Shown: positions 54,799 to 64,000 of the stretch, piece after piece
How the letters are laid out: each line of letters opens with the position of its first letter
Position numbering within the stretch: position 1 is the stretch's first letter
Assembly (NCBI GenBank): GCA_963765895.1
Contig: CAVXZB010000024.1
Span: 96,001-160,000 of the forward strand
Source of the DNA: an uncultured Nitrososphaeraceae archaeon
GTDB taxonomy: Archaea > Thermoproteota > Nitrososphaeria > Nitrososphaerales > Nitrososphaeraceae
DNA: 64,000 nt
Direction: 5' to 3'
Program-made: the position numbers and the translations under genes
The notes under the pieces: generated by a model
Seen by the model: the letters and a program-made list of their open reading frames with translations, nothing else
Database searches by the model: none
What the model was told of the DNA's origin: nothing

Positions 54799-55601
54799 CT
54801 TTGAGTGATTACAGTACATTGATTATGAGAAAGGCATGCGGAGATAGGATTTTCAATTAATCCCGATCCGATAATAGATTCATTCACGCCCATTTCCAGT
54901 GCCTCAGTGCACGCTAACAGCTTCTTTTCCATCCCAAATCCGATTGAAGGCAATAATTCCTTGGCCCGTTCTAACGTCATATTTGAAATAACTTCGCTAT
55001 TTATGATCAAACCTTTGACATCAGTCATAAACAATATCTTATCGGCTTTTAATCCACCTGCTATGTATGCAGCCGCCCTGTCTCCATCTATATTGAGAAA
55101 TTCAAAATCATCACTTAGTGCGATAGGTGAGATAACAGGAACATACCCTTCCTTCACAAGAAGATCGACTAATGAAGGATCTATATCGCGTATTTTACCT
55201 GTATAACCTCCTTCAATTATCATCTTCCTACCTTTCTCATTTATTATAACAAGCTTTTTCTTCCGGTCTGCCTTTATGGTAACTCCATCAATCCCAGATA
55301 TCCCGACCGCCTTTATACCGTATCGTATAAGCATGCCCACGATCATCTTGTTAATCTTTCCAGACATTACCATAGTGTATATTTCAATTGTTTCTTTATC
55401 TGTATATCTACTCCTGACCCCTTGTGGCGAAACTATGAACCTTTGCTCCTTACCAAGTTTGGTCGCTATATTAGTAACATCTTTTCCACCGCCGTGAACA
55501 ATCACTATTTTTTCGTTTTTCATGATTTGTCTTACATCCGGAAAGGTACTAGGATGTAAACGATCTGATACGACACTACCACCTAGTTTTATGACTATCA
55601 T
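54795..55601 (-). CDS. lysZ: [LysW]-aminoadipate/glutamate kinase
   Basis: VIKLGGS, VHGGG, SRYTD, GYTGKI, NIDGDRAA, GMEKK. Confidence 0.94.
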   Translation of the reverse strand: MIVIKLGGSVVSDRLHPSTFPDVRQIMKNEKIVIVHGGGKDVTNIATKLGKEQRFIVSPQGVRSRYTDKETIEIYTMVMSGKINKMIVGMLIRYGIKAVGISGIDGVTIKADRKKKLVIINEKGRKMIIEGGYTGKIRDIDPSLVDLLVKEGYVPVISPIALSDDFEFLNIDGDRAAAYIAGGLKADKILFMTDVKGLIINSEVISNMTLERAKELLPSIGFGMEKKLLACTEALEMGVNESIIGSGLIENPISACLSHNQCTVITQR

Positions 55602-56650
55602 ACTGGAGTAACTGGAGTGTGTTTAAGACCATCAGTTTCATCATATGCTAACATGACATTCATATTCTGAATTGCCGAGCCGGCAGCTCCTTTAACTAAA
55701 TTATCTGATGCCGACAGCGCAACAAGTCTTTGATTCTCCTCGTCGACTTCGAATCCCAAATCACAGAAATTAGATCCGATTAAAAACTTTGGATCTGGGA
55801 ATTTGTATAATCCTTTTTTATCACGGATAAATCTGATAAACGGTTCATTCTTGTATGAAGTTCTATAAATTTTCCAGAGATCAATCTCAGGTACTGTTCG
55901 CTTTAAGAAGGTATGATTAGTGGTCAAAATCCCTCGTACAACATTTACTGCATGTGGTGTCATACCTATTCTGATCGCTCTCTTGGCAACTAGGGCTAAT
56001 TCCTGTTCAATTTCTCCTGTATGCCTATGTTTCACTGGTTTGTAAGGACGAATTACACCGTAACGCATGGCATGATGAGTGCCAGCATTTGCTTTAGATC
56101 CTGCACCAGAAGATCCTATTTTACTATCGACAATAATATGATCGGTATCTATCAAATCATTTGCAATCAAGGGTTTTATTGCAAGAAGAGATGTGACAGC
56201 CATGCAGCCAGGGCAAGATACCAATTGAGCTCGTTTGATATCGGCCCGATGAAACTCTGGCACGCCATAAACAGATTTTGAGAGTAATTCAGGAAACGGA
56301 TGTTCCCATCCGTACCACTTTACATAATCCTTTGGATTCTTCAAACGGAAGTCAGCTGATAAATCTACGATCTTAATTCCTAGGTCGTAAAGGTCTTTCA
56401 CGATCTCCTTTGACTTACCATGAGGCAGAGCAGTGAATACCAAGTCGCATGTATTACCAAGTCTATCTATACTCATGTCAGAAAATGTGATATCTATGAA
56501 TCCCTTTAGACTAGGATGTATTCTGTGCACATATTCACCAGCCTTCTGTCTAGAAGTAACAGTACTTAATTCAATCTTTGGATGACCTACTAGAAGGCGC
56601 AATAGCTCACCGCCTACATATCCAGATGCTCCTACTACACCAACTCTCAT
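55598..56650 (-). CDS. lysY: [LysW]-aminoadipate/glutamyl-phosphate reductase
   Basis: GASGYVGGEL, DLSADFR, PGC, GSSGAG, HRH..EI, DNLVKGAAG. Confidence 0.94.
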   Translation of the reverse strand: MRVGVVGASGYVGGELLRLLVGHPKIELSTVTSRQKAGEYVHRIHPSLKGFIDITFSDMSIDRLGNTCDLVFTALPHGKSKEIVKDLYDLGIKIVDLSADFRLKNPKDYVKWYGWEHPFPELLSKSVYGVPEFHRADIKRAQLVSCPGCMAVTSLLAIKPLIANDLIDTDHIIVDSKIGSSGAGSKANAGTHHAMRYGVIRPYKPVKHRHTGEIEQELALVAKRAIRIGMTPHAVNVVRGILTTNHTFLKRTVPEIDLWKIYRTSYKNEPFIRFIRDKKGLYKFPDPKFLIGSNFCDLGFEVDEENQRLVALSASDNLVKGAAGSAIQNMNVMLAYDETDGLKHTPVTPV

Positions 56651-56790
56651 GCTATTTATTTCTACCCTGTTTCCTCGTTTAGCTTCTTATGAATTTTGTT
56701 ATACAGCAACAGTTTCACTTTCACTTTTACTTCCATTGATATGTGCGAGACATACTGTTGGATAATCTTCATATGACCTGATGGCTGCAA

Positions 56791-57651
56791 CTAGTTCCTT
56801 GCGGATTCAATGCTGTAATCTATTATGGCATTTGCGATATCAGTTTTAGCAACCTTAGAAGCCCCATGAAATTCAACAGTGTTATTAATTTCGTGTACTA
56901 ACAGACCTCTCGTATCATCTTCCATTAGGTCGACTCCCAATACCCCGCCTCCTACCACCCTAGCCGCCTTCAGAGTAATATCTTCTAACTCCTTTGTAAT
57001 CAATGCCTCTTCTGTTCGACCTCCTCTTGCAATATTCGTCCTCCATTCCTTGTTCGCCGAATACCTATAGACCGCTGCAATAACTCGATCTCCCACTACT
57101 ATACATCTAAGATCACGAGGCGGTCTCTTAACCATTTCCTGGATATAATATATACGGGATAGGGGATTGTCATCCTCCTCCCTTAATTCTACGATCATAT
57201 TCGCAGCTTCATTATCTCGCAAAGGAAATACACCTCGCCCCCACGAGCCAACTATTGGCTTAACTACTAGAGGAAAGCCAGTTTTGTTAATTAAATTTAA
57301 TAATGATTCAGAGCTGAAAGCGAAATGAGTAGTAGGAGTTGGTATATTTTGTTTGGCAAGCATAATTGAAGTTAGTAATTTATTTCCGCATATTTCACCT
57401 ACTTTGAAGCTATTGATGACTAAAAATCCTAAAAATTCAAGACATGCAGTTAAGTATAGTCCTCTGTAATGGCTTATACTTCTTTGTAGGACAATATCGC
57501 CTAACTCTAAGTCATTTTTTTTGCTATTAGTACCAATATTGATGCTCTTTGCATCTATAATCTGCGTTTTTAAACCTCTCATTCTAGCTTTGTCATATAA
57601 TTCCTTTTCTTCAAAGCGAACTTTGTCGTAAATAATGCAGAGTTTGACCAT
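56791..57651 (-). CDS. lysX: LysW-amino acid ligase, second paralogue (LysX/ArgX)
   Basis: QRSISHYRG, KPIVGSWGR, RDLR, WRTNIARGG, HEINNTVEF. Confidence 0.9.
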   Translation of the reverse strand: MVKLCIIYDKVRFEEKELYDKARMRGLKTQIIDAKSINIGTNSKKNDLELGDIVLQRSISHYRGLYLTACLEFLGFLVINSFKVGEICGNKLLTSIMLAKQNIPTPTTHFAFSSESLLNLINKTGFPLVVKPIVGSWGRGVFPLRDNEAANMIVELREEDDNPLSRIYYIQEMVKRPPRDLRCIVVGDRVIAAVYRYSANKEWRTNIARGGRTEEALITKELEDITLKAARVVGGGVLGVDLMEDDTRGLLVHEINNTVEFHGASKVAKTDIANAIIDYSIESARN

Positions 57652-57837
57652 CTACTGTCCCCAATCTTCTCCAATGGATTCTGCCGGTTTTACCTCTATT
57701 TTTTGTTCCGATTTTTCGGTTATTTCAAAATTTGCACCGCAGTCAGGGCAGGTTATGATTTCGCCTACCATTGCGTCACTAGGAATGTTGATTTCGGCTC
57801 CACAGTCATTACAGTCTTTCTTCATATTCGCTTTCAT
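57652..57837 (-). CDS. lysW: Amino-group carrier protein LysW/ArgW
   Basis: CNDC...GEIITCPDCG...GEDWGQ. Confidence 0.93.
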   Translation of the reverse strand: MKANMKKDCNDCGAEINIPSDAMVGEIITCPDCGANFEITEKSEQKIEVKPAESIGEDWGQ

Positions 57838-59036
57838 CTCCTATTCTGAGATCTGTTTTCGCATATAGAGTTTGCAATTATTGATTGCAAACCCCATAAT
57901 TCAGAGAAGCCCTTCGCCAGATTTTGATCAAATGTAGAACCGGTATCATATGTTGCAAGCGATTCCTTATATATTGAATACATTGATTCCCTTCCTACCA
58001 CTCGCATCGAACCTCTGTGAATCCGTAACTTGACCTTTCCAGTTACCTTTTCCTGAGAGGATTCTACAAATCTCTCTAGATCGGTTCTAAGAGGTTCCTG
58101 CCAAAGTCCACAATAGACAAGCCATGTCCATTGCTCATCAATCATTTGCTTGAATCGAAGTTGGTGATTTGTGAGGACTAATTTTTCGAGGTCTTTGTGA
58201 GATTCAATAATTGCTATTGCGGCTGGCGCTTCATAAATTTCCCTCGATTTCACGCCAACTACGCGGTCTTCGATGTGATCTATTATCCCCACACCACAAT
58301 TGCCGACAGTCTTATTTAGATCATGTATAATCGTCACCAAATCTCTCTCTTTTCCGTTCAATCCAACAGGAAGACCTTTTTCATACTCTATTTCTATATA
58401 AACCGGATCACTATCCTCTGATCTAACAAAGTGGAACAACTCTTCTGGAGGTTCGCAGTAAGAATCTTCAAGCATCCCTCCTTCAACTGCCCTTCCCCAA
58501 TAGTTGGAATCAATGCTATATTTTTTGGCATCGAGTGAAATTGGTATATTCTCTTCCTTGGCAAATCTTAATTCAATATCTCTAGTCAAATTCATATCTC
58601 TAATTGGCGCGACAATCTTTAAATTTGGATCTAGACTTCGAATAGTCACATCAAATCTGATTTGATCATTTCCCTTTCCGGTACACCCATGGGCAACAAT
58701 CTTGGCGTGTTCCTGATGCGCAATATCTACAAGCTTTGTAGCTATTAGCGGCCTTGCTAGCGCAGTTGCAAGAGGGTACTTTCCCTGATACAGCCCATTT
58801 GCTTGTATTGATGGTGAAATGTAACTTGTAGCGAATTCTTTTTTTGCATCGATATGTATGTGTTTAGTGGCACCTAAGGACATCGCCTTTTGTTCCAGAT
58901 TGGCAAAGTCCTCATCTTGACCAAGGTCTATTGTAAGTGTTACGACGTCTAGATTATTGAGTTTCTGCAAATAACGCACACAAACCGAGGTATCTAATCC
59001 GCCAGAATAGGCTAGTACAACTTTGTTGATTGCCAT
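57834..59036 (-). CDS. argG: Argininosuccinate synthase
   Basis: VVLAYSGGLDTS, ALARPLIA, AHGCTGKGNDQIRF, KSREIYEAPAA; likely start MAINK at 59036. Confidence 0.96.
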   Translation of the reverse strand: MAINKVVLAYSGGLDTSVCVRYLQKLNNLDVVTLTIDLGQDEDFANLEQKAMSLGATKHIHIDAKKEFATSYISPSIQANGLYQGKYPLATALARPLIATKLVDIAHQEHAKIVAHGCTGKGNDQIRFDVTIRSLDPNLKIVAPIRDMNLTRDIELRFAKEENIPISLDAKKYSIDSNYWGRAVEGGMLEDSYCEPPEELFHFVRSEDSDPVYIEIEYEKGLPVGLNGKERDLVTIIHDLNKTVGNCGVGIIDHIEDRVVGVKSREIYEAPAAIAIIESHKDLEKLVLTNHQLRFKQMIDEQWTWLVYCGLWQEPLRTDLERFVESSQEKVTGKVKLRIHRGSMRVVGRESMYSIYKESLATYDTGSTFDQNLAKGFSELWGLQSIIANSICENRSQNRR

Positions 59037-59084
59037 ACAAGGCGTTCCCAATAGTGACACTACATTTATATTTTATGATCAAGA

Positions 59085-59795
59085 ATGACCAAAATGAATA
59101 ATATTAGACCAACCTTGGTCGGGCAAAAATCGATAACTAGTATTGTGAATGACATCATTGCTACCGACCTATCTTATCAAGACTCCCTTCAAAATAACTA
59201 TTGCAATTTTAGCGGTCTGTCAAGAGTGATCAAACCTGAAATCGAAAGACTGTTGGGAAGGAAAATAAACATGGAAAGCGTTGTCACTGCTATCAAACGA
59301 GCGAGAAAATTATATTACATTCACGATCACGTAATTTCTTCAATCCTGCTTGAGAGTACGATCAGTGTCAAAACTGATGTTGCCAAGATCTCTACTGTCA
59401 AAAGTAAGCGAACAGTAGAGAGGGTTGCAAAGGCACTCACAAAGAATGTCAATAGTTTCATAAGCGTTTCTGAAAGCATCTCATCAATAACTTTGGTTTT
59501 TGACGATAAGCTATTGAATTACGCAAGAGAGCTATTCGCAGATTATGATATATTGGAAATAGATGAAGATTTAGCTGCGATTATAGTGCACAGTCCAGAA
59601 CAAATTATTAAAACACCAGGTTGCGCTATTGCCTTCTATAATCAGATTTCGAGGAGACACATTAACATAGAAGATACGGTAAGCTGTCATACTGATACTA
59701 TAATGATAGTAAAGATGAGCAATGTGGGAGGGGCCTTCGACGCGATTACCAAACTAATTTCTCAAGTGCGGCAATATAGAAACAATAAGCGCTAA
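59085..59795 (+). CDS. Conserved archaeal ACT-domain regulatory protein
   Basis: N-terminal NFSGLSRVI..VVTAIKR; C-terminal ACT-like IIKTPG..INIEDTVSCHTD. Confidence 0.8.
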   Translation: MTKMNNIRPTLVGQKSITSIVNDIIATDLSYQDSLQNNYCNFSGLSRVIKPEIERLLGRKINMESVVTAIKRARKLYYIHDHVISSILLESTISVKTDVAKISTVKSKRTVERVAKALTKNVNSFISVSESISSITLVFDDKLLNYARELFADYDILEIDEDLAAIIVHSPEQIIKTPGCAIAFYNQISRRHINIEDTVSCHTDTIMIVKMSNVGGAFDAITKLISQVRQYRNNKR

Positions 59796-60738
59796 ATGAT
59801 TCTAACATATATAGAACTTGAGCAGCCTATGTATAGGAGATACACGGTAGAGGAAGTAAAGCGGCGCATTATTAATGTGCTCCAAAGCGATAACACCGGA
59901 TTGTCTGGAATAGAGTTAGCACGCAAGACTGGGATAAATAGGATGACAATCACTAAATATTTGGATCTTCTCCATGCCATCGGGTTAATAAAAAAAAAGA
60001 AATTAGGCTCAGTAAATGTGTGGTCACTCGAGCAAGGAGCAGCCGATTTTGCATTTCCTATGGAATATCTTGAAATTCAGCAGAGATTTATGGAAGCAAT
60101 ACTAGTGGGCAATGAAGACTCTGCTCGAAGGATCATGATGAATATAATTAATTCACAGACAGATAGAATAAGGATTTTGTTAGACGTAATTCTGCCAACC
60201 TTAAATACAATAAATGAACTTTACGATAGGAGCAAACTTGGCAAGACAGAAAAAATCTACCTTATCAATACTATTATGGAAATTTCAGAGCTTTTGAAAT
60301 TCAATTTAATAAGAGACGGCAAAAAGCAAGAAGTTTTCGCAATGTCGATAGCTGGCTCCCAAGAAGCAACATATTATGCAAAATTTGCAGCTCTAGCATA
60401 TCAGATGCTTGGTGGATATTCAATCTTCATCGGCAATGTTGAAGACGAACTGGATCCATTTTTTGACATCGATATGCAGCGATTTATCCTTAGGACTTGG
60501 GGCAACAAGTTAGGCTTCATGGTTATAATTATTTGCTCTTCTAAAGAAAAGCTCTTTAAGGTTTTTAGCCACTGCCGCAGTTTCCATCAAGGATAGATTA
60601 AAGGGAAAACTACGGATAGTGGCAATGACTATCCCAGAATTGGAATCACTATCTGAACGCATAGGTGTAGATTTTACAACAAATGATTTGCAATCACTAA
60701 TTAACTGGACTGAGAAAGAGTTGAGAAATGCGAAGTAA
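59796..60738 (+). CDS. HTH transcriptional regulator with helical-cap/B12-binding-like C-terminal region; frameshift near 60550
   Basis: GLSGIELARKTGINRMTITKYL; ORF stops at 60596 but a shift in the A-run continues ...SSLRFLATAA...LINWTEKELRNAK* to 60738. Confidence 0.8.
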
Positions 60739-60877
60739 ATTAATTAATTAGAATCAAAACCTGGGGTGCTGTTCATAGGCATATTTCGTCAAACAGCACT
60801 TTTACCTTCATACATTTGCAAGAATTCATCATAACTAATAATCTATATAAGTCAATAAACCAATTCTTACTCTAATC

Positions 60878-62419
60878 GTGGTTAACGGAGACAACTATCA
60901 CGACCGTCACGGAGACAACGGTGAGACAATAGATGTTTCAGCTAATGACGGTGATATATTTAATACCAAATTTAAGGTAGCGTTGACCTCTATTTTATTC
61001 TCTGTTGGGCTGACTGTTTTAAAACTTCTAGTTGGATTTTCTACAAACAGTCTTAGTATATTAACAGAGGCAATGCACTCCGGTCTCGATGTAATAGCTG
61101 CTATTATGACATTGTATGCCATCCATATGGTTGCGCGGCCTCCCGATATGAAGTACACCTATGGCTATGCAAAATTTGAAAGTATTTCAAGCGTTGTTCA
61201 GATTGGTCTCCTGTTCGCAACTGCTACCTGGGTTTGTTACGAGGCATTGGAACGAATATTCTTCAAGGTAGTGCAACCAGAGATAACAATTTTTTCTTTC
61301 GGAATTATGATCATATCCTTGTGTGTGGATTATTTAAGGTATAATACATTGAGCAAGACTGCAAGAAAATTTGGTAGCCAAGCGTTAGAAGCTGACGCTA
61401 TTCATTTCAAGGCAGATATGTTTTCATCAGGGATTGTTATCATCGGCCTAATTCTGGCATCGATTTTTCCGATCGAAAATATTGATGCCTATGTTGCATT
61501 GACTATAGCAGCAATGATAGTTTATACTTCATTGGGACTAGGAAGAAGAACACTCGATATATTGCTTGATAAAGCCCCCAAAGGAGCCTATCAACGTGTA
61601 GTAGAGACTGTTTCTGGGCTGGAGGGAGTAAGTAGTGCTCATGATATACGCGTCAGAAGAATAGGAACAAAGGACTTTGTTGATATGCATATAGAGGTCC
61701 CAAGAACGTGTACGCATGCGATGGCGCACAGGATAGCAACTAAAGTAGAAAACAAGATCAGAGAGGCTTTCCCAAATTCGGATGTTCTAGTGCATGTAGA
61801 TGCAATAGAATCTGGGAATGAGACAATAAGTGATAGGATAAGACTGATTGCGGCTGAAACTGAAGGGATTACTAATATTCATTCCATATACTTTTCGAGG
61901 ATGCAAAATTCAGATCTCGGCAGACGATACAGGGTTATGCATAATGGGGTACGGAATAGAAATACAAGTGCCATTAGTAAAAATACAACATTACTTCATC
62001 TGTATTTAGACGTTCAAATGAATAACACCCTAGGGCTTGAAGCCGCGCACAGAAAGGTCGACGAATTTGAGAGACGCATTAAATTTGAAATTCCCGAAAT
62101 ACTAAATATTACGACGCATATCGAAACCGAAGTCGTCAAAGATGTAACAATTGGAATAGAAAAACAAGCAAATGCTCTTTATTTAGAGAATATTCGAAAA
62201 TCGGCCACTTCGGTCTCAGGAGTTATTGATTGCGAAGATATTGGTATAATAGATATGAATCATGATATCCATATAACTTTGACAATAAGGATTGAAACAT
62301 TTCACGATGGCGGTGTAACTACGATAGAAGATGCACACAAAATTGCTACATCTGTTCAGAATTTGATAATTAGAAAAACAGGGGCTGCTAGGGTTATAGT
62401 ACATACAGAACCATCTTGA
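60878..62419 (+). CDS. Cation diffusion facilitator transporter with three C-terminal dimerisation domains
   Basis: EAMHSGLD, YGYAKFE, ADAIHFKAD; three repeats of AH.IA...VH.E/D. Confidence 0.93.
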   Translation: MVNGDNYHDRHGDNGETIDVSANDGDIFNTKFKVALTSILFSVGLTVLKLLVGFSTNSLSILTEAMHSGLDVIAAIMTLYAIHMVARPPDMKYTYGYAKFESISSVVQIGLLFATATWVCYEALERIFFKVVQPEITIFSFGIMIISLCVDYLRYNTLSKTARKFGSQALEADAIHFKADMFSSGIVIIGLILASIFPIENIDAYVALTIAAMIVYTSLGLGRRTLDILLDKAPKGAYQRVVETVSGLEGVSSAHDIRVRRIGTKDFVDMHIEVPRTCTHAMAHRIATKVENKIREAFPNSDVLVHVDAIESGNETISDRIRLIAAETEGITNIHSIYFSRMQNSDLGRRYRVMHNGVRNRNTSAISKNTTLLHLYLDVQMNNTLGLEAAHRKVDEFERRIKFEIPEILNITTHIETEVVKDVTIGIEKQANALYLENIRKSATSVSGVIDCEDIGIIDMNHDIHITLTIRIETFHDGGVTTIEDAHKIATSVQNLIIRKTGAARVIVHTEPS

Positions 62420-63383
62420 GATAATCGGACTAGGACTTCGGAGCTACGGTAAAATGGGTTAAGCGCATCTCAGCTCTCAGTACAAAAACTGTTCATTTAA
62501 CAATATTTTCGTCTCTAGAAATCTTAAAGACTGGCAGATGTCCATACTGGCTAACGTTTCACTACTCTAATCCAGTTTACAGCCAACCTTATAATGATAT
62601 TCTATATCCAATCTGAGCCTCCAAGATGCGGATATGAATAGGCTGGAAAGAGACTACTTCTGTTCCGAATCTAGATGCCTATGTAGAATGTCTGTGGGAG
62701 AGTAATCATGAATGTCCAACCATTCTTCTTTAGTCATCCAATAACTGCAATACCATTGCCTCATACTTTCGTCACAGTCTCCATGACTAGGCATATGGTT
62801 CATGAGATCGTTCTCTATATTTTTGTTGCTGAAATCCGGAATGACAATTTGGTCCAGTAAAAGCAATAATGCCTTTACTCGTATATGTTAGAAATATGTC
62901 TAAATTACATGGAAGCTGAACGATTTAATCACAGATATCTGTCTGCAATCGTACTCTTTTCTATCTGGTGCTGCCCTCAGTTATTAACTAAAGTTTCATG
63001 AAATAAACCCTGCATTGTAAAATAGATACCTTGAGGGTCTAGTGGTTAAATGACAATAAAGAGAATCAGAACAAGAGAGTTGCTCATAGACACTAGATCG
63101 TTATTATGACCTCACGAAAAATGCTATACACTGGCTACTGCATTGCAGTAATTTCATCAATTGTTTATATAAGAAGCAGTTCCTAAATTCTAGTGATTCT
63201 ATAATAAAAATCAGCTACAGACTTCAAGTCAAAATTGCCGTATGTGATCATGCGCCTATGATTGAGTTAGGAGCCTACATTCTAAGCTGCATAGAATATT
63301 TGGTACGTAGTTAGATAGGAAAAGAGATGAGATTGATGAATTGTTGTTCCAGTGTATATATGAGATCAACCAATTACATTAAA

Positions 63384-63851
63384 TTATCCAATGAATTCCA
63401 AAATTGATGTCTGTTTTATATCGATCTTCCTACTTTGGCATGGGTCGTTTAAGAAAAAGTTTGAATCTGCTAACTTTGTAGTAGGCTCAACTGATTTTTC
63501 CGATATTGAAGGAACGGGTGGATCAAACTTATTTGACATTGTTAGTGCAGTACGAGGAATGATCTCCGAGCTATTATGATTATTGATTGAATGTTCTCTT
63601 TGGAAGGTGTGTATTTCAATACGCCGCTTCTCATTTTCAATTCGACACATTTCCGATCCGGTGTTAACGAATGTCCCATCGTCTAAAAGGACGTGCTGTT
63701 CTGCTTCGATATTTAGTATTTGATTTGTAGTATCAGAACAACCAGTTTCCAACATATTAGAAACTGCTGGGTCCAGTGGCAAGGGACCTTGGTCTGATTC
63801 ATAATAGATAATTATTCTGTAAGTTTTGTAAATTCCATTAAAACAATTCAC
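63384..63851 (-). CDS. Hypothetical protein, possibly a fragment
   Basis: 155-aa ORF without recognisable motifs. Confidence 0.35.
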   Translation of the reverse strand: MNCFNGIYKTYRIIIYYESDQGPLPLDPAVSNMLETGCSDTTNQILNIEAEQHVLLDDGTFVNTGSEMCRIENEKRRIEIHTFQREHSINNHNSSEIIPRTALTMSNKFDPPVPSISEKSVEPTTKLADSNFFLNDPCQSRKIDIKQTSILEFIG

Positions 63852-64000
63852 TTATACTCTATTCTCCTCGATGTTAATCAGTACCATTGTTAGCAAATAT
63901 ACACCCAGGCGAGCTTCATCTGACATAGATGACAATCATCTTAGATATTAATTAGTAATCGAGTATGAGATCTGCTTGACTGCACGTCTGGAAGATCGAA

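Noticed and set aside
62654-62866. 70-aa ORF with Trp/Cys/His-rich segment
   Set aside because: No family motif or clear promoter; cannot be supported from sequence alone

Overview
This is an AT-rich archaeal chromosomal window, most likely from a soil ammonia-oxidising archaeon (Nitrososphaeraceae). Support: TFB, dph5, PAC2, a single-OB-fold SSB, intron-containing tRNAs, and a LysW-type lysine/arginine cluster with two lysW and two lysX. The left ~39 kb is a gene-sparse accessory region with radical SAM enzymes, a membrane-anchored HNH protein, a decayed IS5, secreted repeat proteins, a PQQ sugar dehydrogenase, a YVTN propeller protein and several small ORFs missed by the ORF track. The right ~25 kb is mostly core genes. 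The strongest novel lead is the membrane protein at 8768-9934. It carries two Dx3Hx12H motifs spaced like the PmoC/AmoC CuC and CuD copper sites, followed by a PmoA/AmoA-like C-terminal half, and sits next to a TetR regulator, a perfect palindromic operator and a methyltransferase. Other leads: both LysW carriers end in Gln (EDWGQ) instead of the reactive Glu, and a 16-aa basic micro-ORF has a nearby hairpin element with 17 nt of perfect complementarity to its start. Several genes contain single-base frameshifts that are probably assembly errors. All family calls come from reading motifs by eye; no searches were run.
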